This document shows positions 7,880 through 18,314 of a stretch of 64,000 bases of DNA, piece by piece; position 1 is the stretch's first letter; the number at the start of each line of letters is the position of its first letter. The notes under the pieces are model-generated. The model was not told the DNA's origin. It ran no database searches and was given only the letters and a program-made list of their open reading frames with translations. Location of the stretch: NCBI GenBank assembly GCA_038891615.1, contig JAWADY010000001.1, positions 32,001 through 96,000 on the forward strand, in the 5' to 3' direction. The translations under genes and the position numbers were made by a program. The stretch is from Candidatus Woesearchaeota archaeon (GTDB lineage Archaea; Nanobdellota; Nanobdellia; Woesearchaeales; ARS49).

Positions 7880-8614
7880 ATGCAAGAAAAAATATTTCAC
7901 ATTCTTGTCGAGAATGATGATATTGGATGGAAGTCGATGATTTATGAGCTAATAAACTCAGAACAGCTTGATCCATGGGATATTGATATTTCAGTGCTCA
8001 CTCAAAAGTACATTGAACAAATTAAAAAATATAAAGCCCTTGATTTCAAACTTTCAGGAAAGGTGTTGCTTGCCGCCGCCATTCTGTTAAAAATAAAATC
8101 AAAAAGGCTTGTGGGTGACGACATAAACGAATTTGACAGGTTACTTGTGTCAGGAGAGCTTAACGAGGAAGCATTTTATGAACAACTTGAGGCAGAGCAG
8201 CGAGTTGTTCAGCCAGAGAGTTATGAGCTAGTGTCAAGGATGCCTCAACCAAGAAAAAGAAAAATTTCTGTTTTCGACCTTGTCAGGGCATTAGAAAAAG
8301 CGCTAGAGGTTAAGCATCGAAGGCTAATGAGATTTACTCTTCCAGAGCTTGTCATTCCTCCAAAACAAATTGACATAACGCTGGAAATCAAGAAAATTTA
8401 CAAACGAATACTTGAGGTATTTCTTCAAGGCAAGCGCGAGTTGGAGTTCAGTGAGCTATTAAACGTTGGAGACAAAAAAGAAAAAATTTACACACTCATC
8501 CCGCTGCTTCATCTTTCAAACCAACGCAAGATTGATCTTGAACAAAAAGTACCTTTTGGTGAAATTCAAATAAAGCTTGCTGGCCGGCCTGCTAGCAAGC
8601 GTAACTCAAACTAA
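7880..8614 (+). CDS. scpA: segregation and condensation protein A (SMC kleisin)
   Basis: LDPWDIDISVLTQKY, GKVLLAAAILLKIKS, C-terminal LLHL..Q.KIDLEQ..PFGEI. Confidence 0.9.
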   Translation: MQEKIFHILVENDDIGWKSMIYELINSEQLDPWDIDISVLTQKYIEQIKKYKALDFKLSGKVLLAAAILLKIKSKRLVGDDINEFDRLLVSGELNEEAFYEQLEAEQRVVQPESYELVSRMPQPRKRKISVFDLVRALEKALEVKHRRLMRFTLPELVIPPKQIDITLEIKKIYKRILEVFLQGKRELEFSELLNVGDKKEKIYTLIPLLHLSNQRKIDLEQKVPFGEIQIKLAGRPASKRNSN

Positions 8615-8714
8615 AACGAGGTCGATTGAAAACATCCTGGAGTTCCAAAATGAGGTTATACAAATTCTCAAGTCCTGAAGAGACTACCTAAAGCAATTTC
8701 AAAGTTTGATAAAT

Positions 8715-9263
8715 ATGAAAATCAAAAATATAGATCTTAAAATTAAAATGCTTATCACTCTGACGATACTTGTTATAGCACTAAGCTCATATTTTCTTCA
8801 TCAAAAAACAAAGGTTACAAATTTCGATGAATGTATCAAGGCAGGCAATCAAATAATTGAGACTTTTCCTCGTCAATGTGTTTTCAATGGTAAAAGATTT
8901 GTAGAAGGAATTATAAGAGCCGCATTAGAAACTTCATTTCATCTTAAATTTAATAACACAGCTCTTATCGATGATAATATTAGAGTGAAATTTTTAAGAA
9001 TAGACGAAGATTCTAGGTGCCCTTCTGATGTTCTATGTCCGTGGGAAGGGCAGGCGACTATCGTTGTTAACATTATAAAAGATAACAAAAATCTTGGCAA
9101 CTTTCCTTTAACTATCAGAGCTGGAGGCGGCGAGAATCTTTCAGCCAAAGTTTTTGATGAGCTTTCTATCAGGTTGATAAAGCTGGAGCCATACCCAAGA
9201 ACCGACAAAAAAATAACACCTTCAGATTATGTAGCTACACTCATTGTTTCAAAAGAGAAATAA
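8715..9263 (+). CDS. hypothetical membrane-anchored secreted protein
   Basis: N-terminal TM; TNFDECIKAGNQIIETFPRQC and DSRCPSDVLCPWEG Cys motifs; AT-rich coding. Confidence 0.72.
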   Translation: MKIKNIDLKIKMLITLTILVIALSSYFLHQKTKVTNFDECIKAGNQIIETFPRQCVFNGKRFVEGIIRAALETSFHLKFNNTALIDDNIRVKFLRIDEDSRCPSDVLCPWEGQATIVVNIIKDNKNLGNFPLTIRAGGGENLSAKVFDELSIRLIKLEPYPRTDKKITPSDYVATLIVSKEK

Positions 9264-9358
9264 TCTTTTCAAAATCTATAAAGTGTCTCACAACAGTTTT
9301 TAGTTATATCAAATTTAACGTTGATTTAATTTAATATTTGGTTAATTTCATTTTTCAT

Positions 9359-9839
9359 TTAAGAATTTATTCTTTCTGGTCTTAAATTTTTTGCAAGATT
9401 GATAAACATTTCATGCATTTTTGGACCACGTTCATAGTACTCCACAATTTTATAATCCTCTATGTATGGTTCTGGATGGTCAATATCAAAGATAGGAAAC
9501 CTAGATGAATTTTCTTTAATTGCGGATGATACAGATGCCTCTATAGCTTCCCTTGTGATTATATCTGCAATAAACACCAAAAAATCACCTCTATTTCTGT
9601 AATTCTTTTTTTCTCATATATTTTTTAATTAAAGGATGTTTGACGTATATTTCAAGTACTCCTTCTTTTTCAATAAATTCACTTATTCTTTTTGTTTCTT
9701 TTGTAGAAAAGCGAATATCTCTAAATAAGCCTGTAATTGAAGGTTCTGGAACAATAGTTATATGAATTTCTGTTGTTTTATCCTCGTATTTTGCTGTTAC
9801 AGTCGCTTTTTCCCCTATATGTTCGTTGCCTTTTACTTT
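9359..9839 (-). pseudogene. AT-rich start-less gene remnant, possibly frameshifted at an A7 run
   Basis: Open frame KVKGNEHIGEK...EIYVKHPLIKKYMRK (9839 to ~9610) has no plausible start; a shift in the T7 run at 9606-9612 joins it to the 9359..9580 ORF (KNYRNRGDFLVFIADIITREA). The downstream part also has its own GAGGTGA SD, so two genes remain possible. Confidence 0.45.
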
Positions 9840-9988
9840 TTATTGAAAACCAAATACAAGAGTTTGAGAATATTTTCCAAAGTTAAAAAACAAAATATAA
9901 TAATATAATAGACAAATGTTATACCTTGAGGGTTCATTAAATACATTTAAATATCCCCATCCCCAACCATAATCCATATATAACCAAA

Positions 9989-10213
9989 ATGGTCAGAAAA
10001 AAGAAAGGGAGAAAGGCTAAGAGGGCTAAGAAAAAAGCCGAAAAGGTGAAGGAAGAGACACCAACAGAGCACAAGGCAAAACATAGCAAGGCGGTTGAGG
10101 CGCTTTTGAGAGAGATAGAAAAAAAGGAACAGGAAATAAAGGAAGAAGAGCTCCACGAGCTGTACCGTGAGTTGGAAGCGCCTATGGAGGAAACTGAGAT
10201 AGAAGAAGAATAG
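9989..10213 (+). CDS. hypothetical small protein, basic N-terminus and acidic C-terminus
   Basis: 74 aa, MVRKKKGRKAKRAKKK...EETEIEEE; TTTAAATA box ~35 bp upstream. Confidence 0.7.
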   Translation: MVRKKKGRKAKRAKKKAEKVKEETPTEHKAKHSKAVEALLREIEKKEQEIKEEELHELYRELEAPMEETEIEEE

Positions 10214-10237
10214 TTTCTATTTGACTTATGTTCTGTT

Positions 10238-10651
10238 CTAAGTTGCCGAATCTATTTCTTTCCGCTTTTTTACAAGCTCATTTAGCTGTTGATGTTTCTG
10301 GATTCCTTCGCTAAGCTCTTTTTTAATGTCTTTCAACTCTTCCTCATTCATTTGCATAAATCTTTGTGATTCTTCATTAGCCTTTGTTGCTTCTTTCTTG
10401 AGCTTTTCGAGTTCCTTTTTTATGTTGGTTATCTCTTCCTCAAAAGAGTTGCTCCCTTCAAGAAGTTCTTTGATAGTTTTTTCTGATTCGGCAGCTGATT
10501 CAGTGGATGGAGTCTTCTTTTTGGTTCCAAGAATTATCTCTCGCGCCCTTGCATAAGCTTCTTCGGCTGTTGCAACAATGTGAAGCTCCTTTAGGCTTTT
10601 TGCAAGGCTGCTTATGCGCTCGGCTGTTTTTGCATCTATTTCTTCTACCAT
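10238..10651 (-). CDS. hypothetical coiled-coil protein
   Basis: Likely start MVEEIDAK at ATG 10651, which avoids overlap with the divergent gene; heptad E/K-rich C-terminal half. Confidence 0.7.
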   Translation of the reverse strand: MVEEIDAKTAERISSLAKSLKELHIVATAEEAYARAREIILGTKKKTPSTESAAESEKTIKELLEGSNSFEEEITNIKKELEKLKKEATKANEESQRFMQMNEEELKDIKKELSEGIQKHQQLNELVKKRKEIDSAT

Positions 10652-10711
10652 TTGTTTAAACTTTTCTTTTTTTCTTATTAAACTTTTCCATAACTTTTTT
10701 ATAGTCTTATT

Positions 10712-11299
10712 GTGCCCAAAAGGGTGAAGATAAAGGCAAAAGAGGTGGTTTTCATGCCTAACATTAGGGAAAACATTCGCGTCATGAAGGACCTTTCTGA
10801 GCTCATTGTTGACCTTGCTTACAGCGCACTTTTCCTTCACGAACCAAAAATTGCAGAAGAGGTTGAAAGCCTTTACGACCAAATCAAGCTTTTGGAAAAA
10901 GAAACGCTAAAGCTTCTTTTTAGGATTAAAGGTTCTGAGGAAGAGCGCATCTACATCATAGAACTCATTGATGAGATACGAGACATAGCTGGTTGCGCAA
11001 GGCGCATTTCTTATCTTTCAAAAGGCAAGGTTGTGCCTTCAATCATTAAGGAGATATTGAAGGAAACCGATGAAAGAATTATTCTCCAAACCATTAGTGC
11101 CCGTTCAAGCTTAGCGGGGAAAAAGATTGGCGAGGCTGAAGTTAAAAAGCACACACGCGCACACATCATTGCCATAAAGCGAAAAGGAAGGTGGATATTC
11201 AAAGTAAGCAGGGAAACAAGGATTCTCCCTGGAGACCTACTGGTCGCAGTTGGTAGCAAGTTTGCCGAAGAGCCGTTAAAGCGTGCAGCAACATCTTAA
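10712..11299 (+). CDS. PhoU-like plus TrkA-C (RCK-C) domain regulatory protein
   Basis: MKDLSELIVDLAYSALF PhoU helix; SSLAGKKI...IIAIKR...ILPGDLLV RCK-C; precedes MgtE genes. Confidence 0.85.
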   Translation: MPKRVKIKAKEVVFMPNIRENIRVMKDLSELIVDLAYSALFLHEPKIAEEVESLYDQIKLLEKETLKLLFRIKGSEEERIYIIELIDEIRDIAGCARRISYLSKGKVVPSIIKEILKETDERIILQTISARSSLAGKKIGEAEVKKHTRAHIIAIKRKGRWIFKVSRETRILPGDLLVAVGSKFAEEPLKRAATS

Positions 11300-11309
11300 G
11301 CCTTGCTAA

Positions 11310-11855
11310 GTGGTTTTTAATCCAATGGAAAAGGCGTTCAAGGAAATTCTTGTTTCAGAATTTGTATCAATAACAGGTGGTCTTGCTGCTGGAACAATCC
11401 TCGCGCTTTTTACAGAGAAGCTCTTGCTTGTGCCAGGCCTTTTTATATTGTTGCCTGGCTTTCTTGAGATGCGAGGAAACATTGCCGGTTCGCTTTCAGC
11501 TCGCCTAAATAGCGCACTTCACATTGGTTCATTAAGGCCTGGTGAAAAAAATCCGATTCTTAGTGCGAACAATGTAGCAGCATTTGTATTGGGAATCCTC
11601 GTAAGCGCAATTTTAGGCGTTATTGCTTATCTTGCAACATTCTTCATACTTGGTGTCTCAAATCCATCAATAATTGTTGTTTCACTCATAGCTGCGGTGC
11701 TTTCTAACATTGCTATGATTTGGCTCACTACTTCAACAACCATTTGGCTTTTCAAAAAAGGGTTTGACCCAGAAAACATAATGGGCCCCTACATAACAAC
11801 CGTGGGAGACATCATTAGCATCGTTTCGCTGCTCGTGGCAATAGTTATTGTATAA
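11310..11855 (+). CDS. MgtE-family divalent cation transporter, membrane domain
   Basis: MRGNIAGSLSARL and FDPENIMGPYITTVGD motifs. Confidence 0.88.
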   Translation: MVFNPMEKAFKEILVSEFVSITGGLAAGTILALFTEKLLLVPGLFILLPGFLEMRGNIAGSLSARLNSALHIGSLRPGEKNPILSANNVAAFVLGILVSAILGVIAYLATFFILGVSNPSIIVVSLIAAVLSNIAMIWLTTSTTIWLFKKGFDPENIMGPYITTVGDIISIVSLLVAIVIV

Positions 11856-11897
11856 TGCTTAGATGCTTACAAATAAGTAATTCATCAAAAAAGTAAA

Positions 11898-12485
11898 ATG
11901 GTTCAACCAGAAAATTTAGGTGCTGGAAAACTTATAAGAAAGATAGTATTTGAAAGTATTGGCATTTTGGTGTTTGCTTCAATCACTAGCTCTATAGGTG
12001 GAATTGGCATAGAGTTGATAGAGCGCAAGATAATATTTTTCCTTCCGTTGCTCATAGTCATACCTGCCCTTAACGACATGATCGGTGATTTTGGAACCAT
12101 AACTGCTTCAAACTTTACCACACTTTTATACATGGGTAGAATTAATGCAAAAAATTGGAATAAGAACTTTGAATTAAGAAAGCTTTTCATTAGGATTGTA
12201 CTTACTTCTTTTCTCAGCGCGCTTTATCTTGGGGTAGGAGCCTATTTGTTAGCTATGGCAAAAGGCTTTGAGTTTGACCTTTCACTTTTTTTGAAGGTCC
12301 TCTTTACAACCGTCTCGATTACCGCAGCTCTTGTATTTATAATATTCCTTCTTTCTGTCATTGGAGGCTTTTATGTCTATAAGCAAAACCACGACCCAGA
12401 TAACTATCTCATCCCCTTGACAACAGCTATTGCAGATGTTGTGAGCATGCTTGTACTAGCGTTCATGGTTTCCTGGCTGTTCTAA
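11898..12485 (+). CDS. MgtE-family divalent cation transporter, membrane domain
   Basis: IPALNDMIGDFG and HDPDNYLIPLTTAIAD motifs. Confidence 0.85.
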   Translation: MVQPENLGAGKLIRKIVFESIGILVFASITSSIGGIGIELIERKIIFFLPLLIVIPALNDMIGDFGTITASNFTTLLYMGRINAKNWNKNFELRKLFIRIVLTSFLSALYLGVGAYLLAMAKGFEFDLSLFLKVLFTTVSITAALVFIIFLLSVIGGFYVYKQNHDPDNYLIPLTTAIADVVSMLVLAFMVSWLF

Positions 12486-12542
12486 CCAGTAAGATTTATA
12501 TACACTACAGATTAAAAAGAAGCAAAAGACGAGGTGATGTTC

Positions 12543-12722
12543 ATGCCAAAAGCACAGCCAAGCATTTCAGAGGTCCAGGACATAGAAGCTACTATTCGCG
12601 ACCTTAAAAACTGGGTATTTGTTTTTGCCAAGGAATACGACCTTCCACAAGAAGCAATCGATATGTTGCATAATAAGATAGATGAGGTTGCATCAAAGGT
12701 TGGAAGGCTTACTTGCAAGTAA
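12543..12722 (+). CDS. hypothetical small helical protein
   Basis: TTTATATA box, SD GAGGTGA at 12531-12537, ATG 12543. Confidence 0.65.
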   Translation: MPKAQPSISEVQDIEATIRDLKNWVFVFAKEYDLPQEAIDMLHNKIDEVASKVGRLTCK

Positions 12723-12749
12723 GAACTCTCTATTGTTTCCAAAGAAATT

Positions 12750-13421
12750 TTACTCCGTCTTCTTTTCTAACAACTCTTCAGCCTTCCTTTTTGCTATCCT
12801 GTGGGCAAAGTGTAGCGGTTCAGGCATCTTGTGAGGAGGTCTTATGCATTTAAGAACGATTTCAACAGCGCTCTTGATAGTTATCAGATTTCCTGGACTA
12901 ACAAAGATAGGCCTTGCGTACTGCTTTGTTTGGACCACCATCCCAACGACTTCATTCTCAAGAACTATGTCCGATCCCTTCAGCTCACCAGCCACTAAGC
13001 TTTTTGCAACGCCAATGGTTGGCTTTGCCAGCTCAACGCCAATATAAGTAGCAAGTCCTGCCTTGTTTGGATGAGCTATACCATGACCATCAACAAGAAT
13101 CACATCAGGTTCATTTTCAAGGTTATAATAGCTCTCAAGAATTAGCGGACCTTCCCTGAATGCGAGCAGAGTTGGCACATAAGGCATTGGTGCTTTCTTG
13201 ACGAGCGTTCTTTTTTCAATAACCTCTAGCTGCGGGAACGACATGACAACAGAACCACAAACAAGCTGTTCTGGCTGGCCTTTCGCAGCAGGAACTGCTG
13301 CAGCATCAAATCCTGCTATCTTTTTAATCTCGCTTATATTTATTGAGTCTTCAAGAATAACCTTATTTTTTATTTCCTCTTGCAACTTCCGCAGCCTTGC
13401 AATGCCAAAATGCGCATACAT
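12750..13421 (-). CDS. nfi: endonuclease V
   Basis: AGFD, PYVPTLLAFRE, ILVDGHGIAHP, PTIGVAK, PIFVSPG, PEPL..AH. Confidence 0.92.
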   Translation of the reverse strand: MYAHFGIARLRKLQEEIKNKVILEDSINISEIKKIAGFDAAAVPAAKGQPEQLVCGSVVMSFPQLEVIEKRTLVKKAPMPYVPTLLAFREGPLILESYYNLENEPDVILVDGHGIAHPNKAGLATYIGVELAKPTIGVAKSLVAGELKGSDIVLENEVVGMVVQTKQYARPIFVSPGNLITIKSAVEIVLKCIRPPHKMPEPLHFAHRIAKRKAEELLEKKTE

Positions 13422-13496
13422 GGAGCAAAACCTCTTTTGAAAAAATTGTTTTTAGCGAATATTTAAATCTTTACACAAAGAAAATGCTTGCGAGAA

Positions 13497-14045
13497 TCAT
13501 TTCAGCTTTGTCTTAATAGCTTTTTCAGAAATTATTGCGGAGTTTCCAGTTTTGTCTTCAATTATCACCTTAATCTTTTCTTCGCCCCATAACACTCGCT
13601 GAATTTTCTTTAAGAGATTCTTTGCCTTTTTTCTTGTTTCCTCATCCTCTTCGCTATCACGCAGATGTTCTATCTGTTCTTTTATTTTTGTTATGAGCCC
13701 TTCTATGTTTGTTACATACCCTTCAGAGGCTGTTCCTGGCTTGATTTCTCCGATGTAAGGAATCTTGACTATTGCCTCGCTTGATTTTACAACCCGAACA
13801 TTAAGGTCTTCCTTTGCAGTAACTTCAAAAGTATACCTGGCTGGCTCGTGACGTTCGGCAGCCTCAACATCAGAAGTGTGATAATTGCAGTTGCTGCATG
13901 TCATTGAGAAAAGATATGTCTTTCCAAAAAAAGGAATGTCAAGTTCAACTTCTGTTAGAGTAAGGCTTTTCTTACCACACAAAGGGCAAAGGTTTCCTTT
14001 GAGAATAGCATTAATCTTGTGTCCCTGCTCTTCATTCATTAGCAA
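13497..14045 (-). CDS. ZPR1 zinc-finger protein
   Basis: CPLC...DIPFFG...CSNCNY, DLNVRVVKS, TNIEG, IEDKTGNS. Confidence 0.92.
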   Translation of the reverse strand: MLMNEEQGHKINAILKGNLCPLCGKKSLTLTEVELDIPFFGKTYLFSMTCSNCNYHTSDVEAAERHEPARYTFEVTAKEDLNVRVVKSSEAIVKIPYIGEIKPGTASEGYVTNIEGLITKIKEQIEHLRDSEEDEETRKKAKNLLKKIQRVLWGEEKIKVIIEDKTGNSAIISEKAIKTKLK

Positions 14046-14148
14046 GATTCAGCCCTAACTTATTTAAAAAGTTTGCGAACGCCAAAAATAGAATCCCCTA
14101 AACCACAATCAGATTTGTAAAAGCATCAAGCATCACATAAGAGATGCC

Positions 14149-14547
14149 TTATTCTGAAACACGCTCTTCCTTTACTTCTCTTGTTTGTTTGCTTCTGTAA
14201 ATCGTAGCAAACGAAGGTGTTGCCACAATGAAGTCGTCGCCAAAACCAGCGACTTCGCCTTCCAGCGCATCTGTTGTTTTCTTTAGCTTGTTTATTGCCC
14301 TCTTTAGTTCAACAAGGTCTTTTTCTCTTAATGGCTTTATGTTTATGAGCGCAACAGTATATCCTTCACGTAAGGAATCGAGGACTGGTTTTATGTCGTC
14401 AAACTCCTCAAGAACAAAAGGTCTTATCACAATTTTGGCTTTTTCCTCACCTTCTGTGTCAACATGAACATAATCTTCTTCCTCCTCGCCTACCTCTTCA
14501 TATTTTGGCCCAATTATTTTTTCTTTTATTTGCGAAAGAAATCCCAT
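14149..14547 (-). CDS. sepF: cell division protein SepF (archaeal type)
   Basis: MGFLSQIKEKI amphipathic N-terminus; LREG..ALINI..L, ELKRAINKLK, GEVAG...IVATP; SD GGAGGT. Confidence 0.88.
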   Translation of the reverse strand: MGFLSQIKEKIIGPKYEEVGEEEEDYVHVDTEGEEKAKIVIRPFVLEEFDDIKPVLDSLREGYTVALINIKPLREKDLVELKRAINKLKKTTDALEGEVAGFGDDFIVATPSFATIYRSKQTREVKEERVSE

Positions 14548-14757
14548 TTTTTTACAACCTCCTTAATCATCAACTTTTACCTTTTTTTTGTTTTTGCAAA
14601 TTACAGCCGCCCAAATATATAAATCTTATGCTTTTTGTCTGCACTCTTCAGTGGACTGAAAAGGCAGCCTGCGCAAAGGAATTTTTCCAAACACTAAGAG
14701 TTTTGACGGCGTGGCTATTAGAAATGTTTTTAAAGATGTGTCCGCAAATCTTGAGTC

Positions 14758-15030
14758 ATGAAAGGGAGAATTGATAACTTTTGCGGTGGTTTAAGGACAA
14801 GGAACAAGGGGCGACATCTAATAGTAAAACCTGAAAGCATTTCTGATAAAAACTCAGCAGCAAGCCTTGTTGGGAAGGCTGTTGTTTGGAAGAATCCTGA
14901 AGGCAAGCAGCGTAAGGAAATAAAGGGTGTTGTAAGGGCAACGCATGGAAGCAGGGGTTCTGTGAGGGTTGTTTTTGAACGTGGCCTTCCTGGGCAAGCA
15001 TTGGGGACAGAGGTTGAGATTGTAGATTAG
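14758..15030 (+). CDS. rpl35ae: 50S ribosomal protein L35Ae
   Basis: LVGKAVVWK, G.V.ATHGSRGSVRV.FE.GLPGQALG. Confidence 0.92.
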   Translation: MKGRIDNFCGGLRTRNKGRHLIVKPESISDKNSAASLVGKAVVWKNPEGKQRKEIKGVVRATHGSRGSVRVVFERGLPGQALGTEVEIVD

Positions 15031-15056
15031 TGCTACTTTGTGTTTCATTTTTTTAA

Positions 15057-16820
15057 ATGGTTTTCAAAAAAGAGAAGTGGACGCTTAAGGAACTAATCCC
15101 GAGCACGAATGCGAAGGGTGTGCAAAAGGTTATTATGGCTTCTGAGGGTGTTTTAAAAAAAATTGAAGGCTATAAAAACAGCTTTACTCACTCAATCACT
15201 GAAAAAAAATTCAACGAACTTGTTGATTTGTGGGAAAGGTATCTTTTACTGGCAGCACGCGCTAGTCAGTTTGCGCAGCTGAAGTTTGCTGAAAACAGCA
15301 AAGATGCTGCTGCAGGAGCTCTTGAGGCAAAAGTGAGGCAAACCCTTTCAGAACATGACAATAGACTGTTATGGCTCAAACTTGGTTTTGCACGATTTCC
15401 AAAAAAAGACATTAACAGGTTGATTGATTCATGCCCAAATGCAGCCTATTTTCTCAAACGGCTTGTTGCCACAAAGGACTTTCTGTTAAGTGAAAAGGAG
15501 GAAAAAATAATAAATTTGAAGAATGTCAATGGAGTAAGTGCTCTTTCCACACTTTATGACATCCTCACAACAGGATTTACCTACACCTTCATGGGAAAAG
15601 AGCTCACCCAAAACGAACTTCTGAGCTATGTGCGAAGCGCCGATGCAAAGACAAGAGAACTAGCTTACGAGACGCTTCTAAAACAGTTTCAAAAGCATGA
15701 AACGGTTTTTGGAGAGCTTTATCGCGCAATTGTTTCGGATTGGTATAGTGAATACTGTGAGTTGCGAGGATATCCAACTCCTATTTCTGTCAGGAACATT
15801 GCAAATGATATTCCTGATGAGGTCGTCGAGATGTTATTATCTCTCGCAGAAAAAAACCAGGTACTCTTTCAGAGGTATTTTAAACTTAAAGCAATGGCAT
15901 TGGGGCTAAAGAAGTTGAGGCGATTTGACCTTTATGCACCAATAGGCAAACTTGACAAGAAAATAAGTTATTCAGATGCTTGCAGGCTTGTGCTGGAAGC
16001 TTTTAGGGCGTTCTCGCCAAAGTTTTATTTGGCTGCAAGAATGCTTTTTGAACGAAAACATATTCATTCAGCCATTTCAGTTGGAAAAAACCAGGGAGCC
16101 TTTTGTTCAGGAGCTGTGCCAAATGTTGGTCCTTTTGTCCTTCTTAACTTTACTGGAGATTTGAGGAGTGTTTTAACATTGGCACACGAGCTTGGTCATG
16201 CGGTTCATTACGCACTTGCGGCTGAAAAACAGTCAATTTTTCATGTGGATGCTCCTCTCCCTATTGCAGAAACAGCCTCAACCTTCTCAGAACTTCTTCT
16301 CATTGAAAGCTTGAAAAAAGAAAAACCAGAACTTGTTAAATCACTGCTTTTCCAGGAGCTTGACGAAGCATATGCCTCGATAGGAAGGCAGCTTGAGTTT
16401 GTGGCATTTGAGAAGGAAGCACATGAACTCATAAAGAATGGTGGCTCAACAGACGACCTTAAAATGCTTTATCTGAACAGACTTAGAAAGCATTTCGGTC
16501 CAAGTGTCAAAGTGCATAAGGGCTTTGAGATAGAATGGAGCTATATCTCGCACATCTTTCACACTCCGTTTTATTGTTATGCGTATGGCTTTGGCAACCT
16601 TCTCGCCTTTGCAGTTTATGCTACATACAAGCAGCAGCTAAAAAAGACTGTTGATAGATTCATAAAAATGCTTGCAGCTGGAGGCTCAAAAAGTCCTGCA
16701 GAACTTGTAGGAATGCTTGGATTCGATATAACAAAAGAAAGCTTTTGGCAAAGAGGATTTAATGTCATAAGCAGAATGATTGATGAATTGGAAGCCTACC
16801 TCAATAAAAAACAATCCTAA
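15057..16820 (+). CDS. pepF: oligoendopeptidase F (peptidase M3B)
   Basis: TLAHELGHAVH zinc motif, AETASTFSE, HIFHTPFYCYAY. Confidence 0.92.
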   Translation: MVFKKEKWTLKELIPSTNAKGVQKVIMASEGVLKKIEGYKNSFTHSITEKKFNELVDLWERYLLLAARASQFAQLKFAENSKDAAAGALEAKVRQTLSEHDNRLLWLKLGFARFPKKDINRLIDSCPNAAYFLKRLVATKDFLLSEKEEKIINLKNVNGVSALSTLYDILTTGFTYTFMGKELTQNELLSYVRSADAKTRELAYETLLKQFQKHETVFGELYRAIVSDWYSEYCELRGYPTPISVRNIANDIPDEVVEMLLSLAEKNQVLFQRYFKLKAMALGLKKLRRFDLYAPIGKLDKKISYSDACRLVLEAFRAFSPKFYLAARMLFERKHIHSAISVGKNQGAFCSGAVPNVGPFVLLNFTGDLRSVLTLAHELGHAVHYALAAEKQSIFHVDAPLPIAETASTFSELLLIESLKKEKPELVKSLLFQELDEAYASIGRQLEFVAFEKEAHELIKNGGSTDDLKMLYLNRLRKHFGPSVKVHKGFEIEWSYISHIFHTPFYCYAYGFGNLLAFAVYATYKQQLKKTVDRFIKMLAAGGSKSPAELVGMLGFDITKESFWQRGFNVISRMIDELEAYLNKKQS

Positions 16821-16857
16821 CAGCTACTCTCCTTTTTCATTTTTTGCCAGGCTTCAG

Positions 16858-18060
16858 TTAGTTAAAAACCAGCCAAAGAATGGTTGGCAGTAAAAGACAT
16901 CCCATGCAATGACTTCTGGATGTGCCAAGTCTTATGGCAAGAATTCCAATCAAGGTCCCAACTATAAGCACTGCAAGGCCCTTCAAGCCAGAAACAAAGA
17001 GCACAAGAAGTGAAACAAACACAAAGACTCCAATTGAGAGCAGCTGATAATTAAGCTTTGGAACTATTTTTGAGAACTTTGCTGCAAGCGCTAATGTGAC
17101 AAAATAGGAAGCCATAGCAATGCCTATCGCCGCTCCAAAGAATAATGCAATTGCACTTGCATCAAGTTTTGGCAGCACTTGTGAAATCGCTGCAGTGCTT
17201 CCATTCCTTGCCTTGCCAATTGTTGCGGCTGAAATCATTGATAAAAGGATGTTGATGGTGTTTACACCACCAATCATTGTCAAATAGCTGCCCTCTTTTC
17301 TCAAAACATTTGAGAACATTGCAGCTGCTTGGCTTGGGCCAAGCGCGGGAAACAAAAGGATTGTACTACCAGCAAGTGTTGCAGCCACTGCTGCTTTTGC
17401 TGCTTCAACATTGTTTATTGGCAGTTTTCCTGTAGACACAATCTGCTCAGGAAAGGAATTTTTTCTTAAAAAAGAAATGACAAGACCAGAAAAGCCAAAA
17501 AGCCCTGAAAGCATAGGGAGCAATGGTTCTTTTACATTTGAATCAAGAACAAAAAGTCCAAAAAGGCCTGTTAGGAGAAACACAAGGAGAGCAGAGAGCA
17601 TTCTATCAATGTTTTGTTCGCTTGTTATTAAGAAAGAAGCTATGACAATCAACAAAACCCCAAGAAATGGCTTTAAAACCGAGTAGAGCAGTGGCAGCAT
17701 AAAGTAAAATATTGGCGCAATGGCTATAGAACAAACAACTCCAAGTGCAGAGCCGAGAACAGAAAGCCTCACTGCGTCATAAGCCTTTCCCCGAAGAAGC
17801 ATCCTATGGCCTGGCAGCACCGCCATGACCGTATCTTCGTCAGGCGCTCCAAGGAAAACAGAAGGAATTATCGAAACAAAAGAATGGACCAGCGCTACAG
17901 AGAAAATAAAAAGAGCAATGGCTTGTTGAGAGGCAAAGCTCAAAATCGGCGCGAGAGAAAGGGCTGTGGCTGCGATAAGATTTGTATGCAGTCCTGGAAT
18001 TAGTCCAGTACCGATTCCAACCAACCAGCCGGCAAGCGTGGCAAGCGCTTCAACCAACAT
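16858..18060 (-). CDS. TctA-family (tripartite tricarboxylate transporter-like) permease
   Basis: GLIPGLHTN, IPSVFLGAP..DT..AVLPGH, many TM helices, CLLLPT end. Confidence 0.85.
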   Translation of the reverse strand: MLVEALATLAGWLVGIGTGLIPGLHTNLIAATALSLAPILSFASQQAIALFIFSVALVHSFVSIIPSVFLGAPDEDTVMAVLPGHRMLLRGKAYDAVRLSVLGSALGVVCSIAIAPIFYFMLPLLYSVLKPFLGVLLIVIASFLITSEQNIDRMLSALLVFLLTGLFGLFVLDSNVKEPLLPMLSGLFGFSGLVISFLRKNSFPEQIVSTGKLPINNVEAAKAAVAATLAGSTILLFPALGPSQAAAMFSNVLRKEGSYLTMIGGVNTINILLSMISAATIGKARNGSTAAISQVLPKLDASAIALFFGAAIGIAMASYFVTLALAAKFSKIVPKLNYQLLSIGVFVFVSLLVLFVSGLKGLAVLIVGTLIGILAIRLGTSRSHCMGCLLLPTILWLVFN

Positions 18061-18314
18061 TTGTTGTTGTTTGTAAGCATTTTTTAATATGCATTCTCTG
18101 TCATTTTTCGAAGGATTTTCGAACAAAATAATGGTTATTTTAACATTTGATTGCTTATGGCGGGTGCATTTAACTGCTTATCTGAATGTCTTGCCTCAAA
18201 TTCAACTTTTGTCAAAGCCACGCAAAACATCCAAAAGATTTGATAAGAAAACTATTCCGTGAGGTTTTGTTAAGACGCAAAGATATTTAAATTTGCACTT
18301 GTAGCAATTTCATA

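Noticed and set aside
5038-9950. Integrated element or provirus at the tRNA cluster
   Set aside because: No integrase, no duplicated tRNA 3' end and no viral genes were seen.
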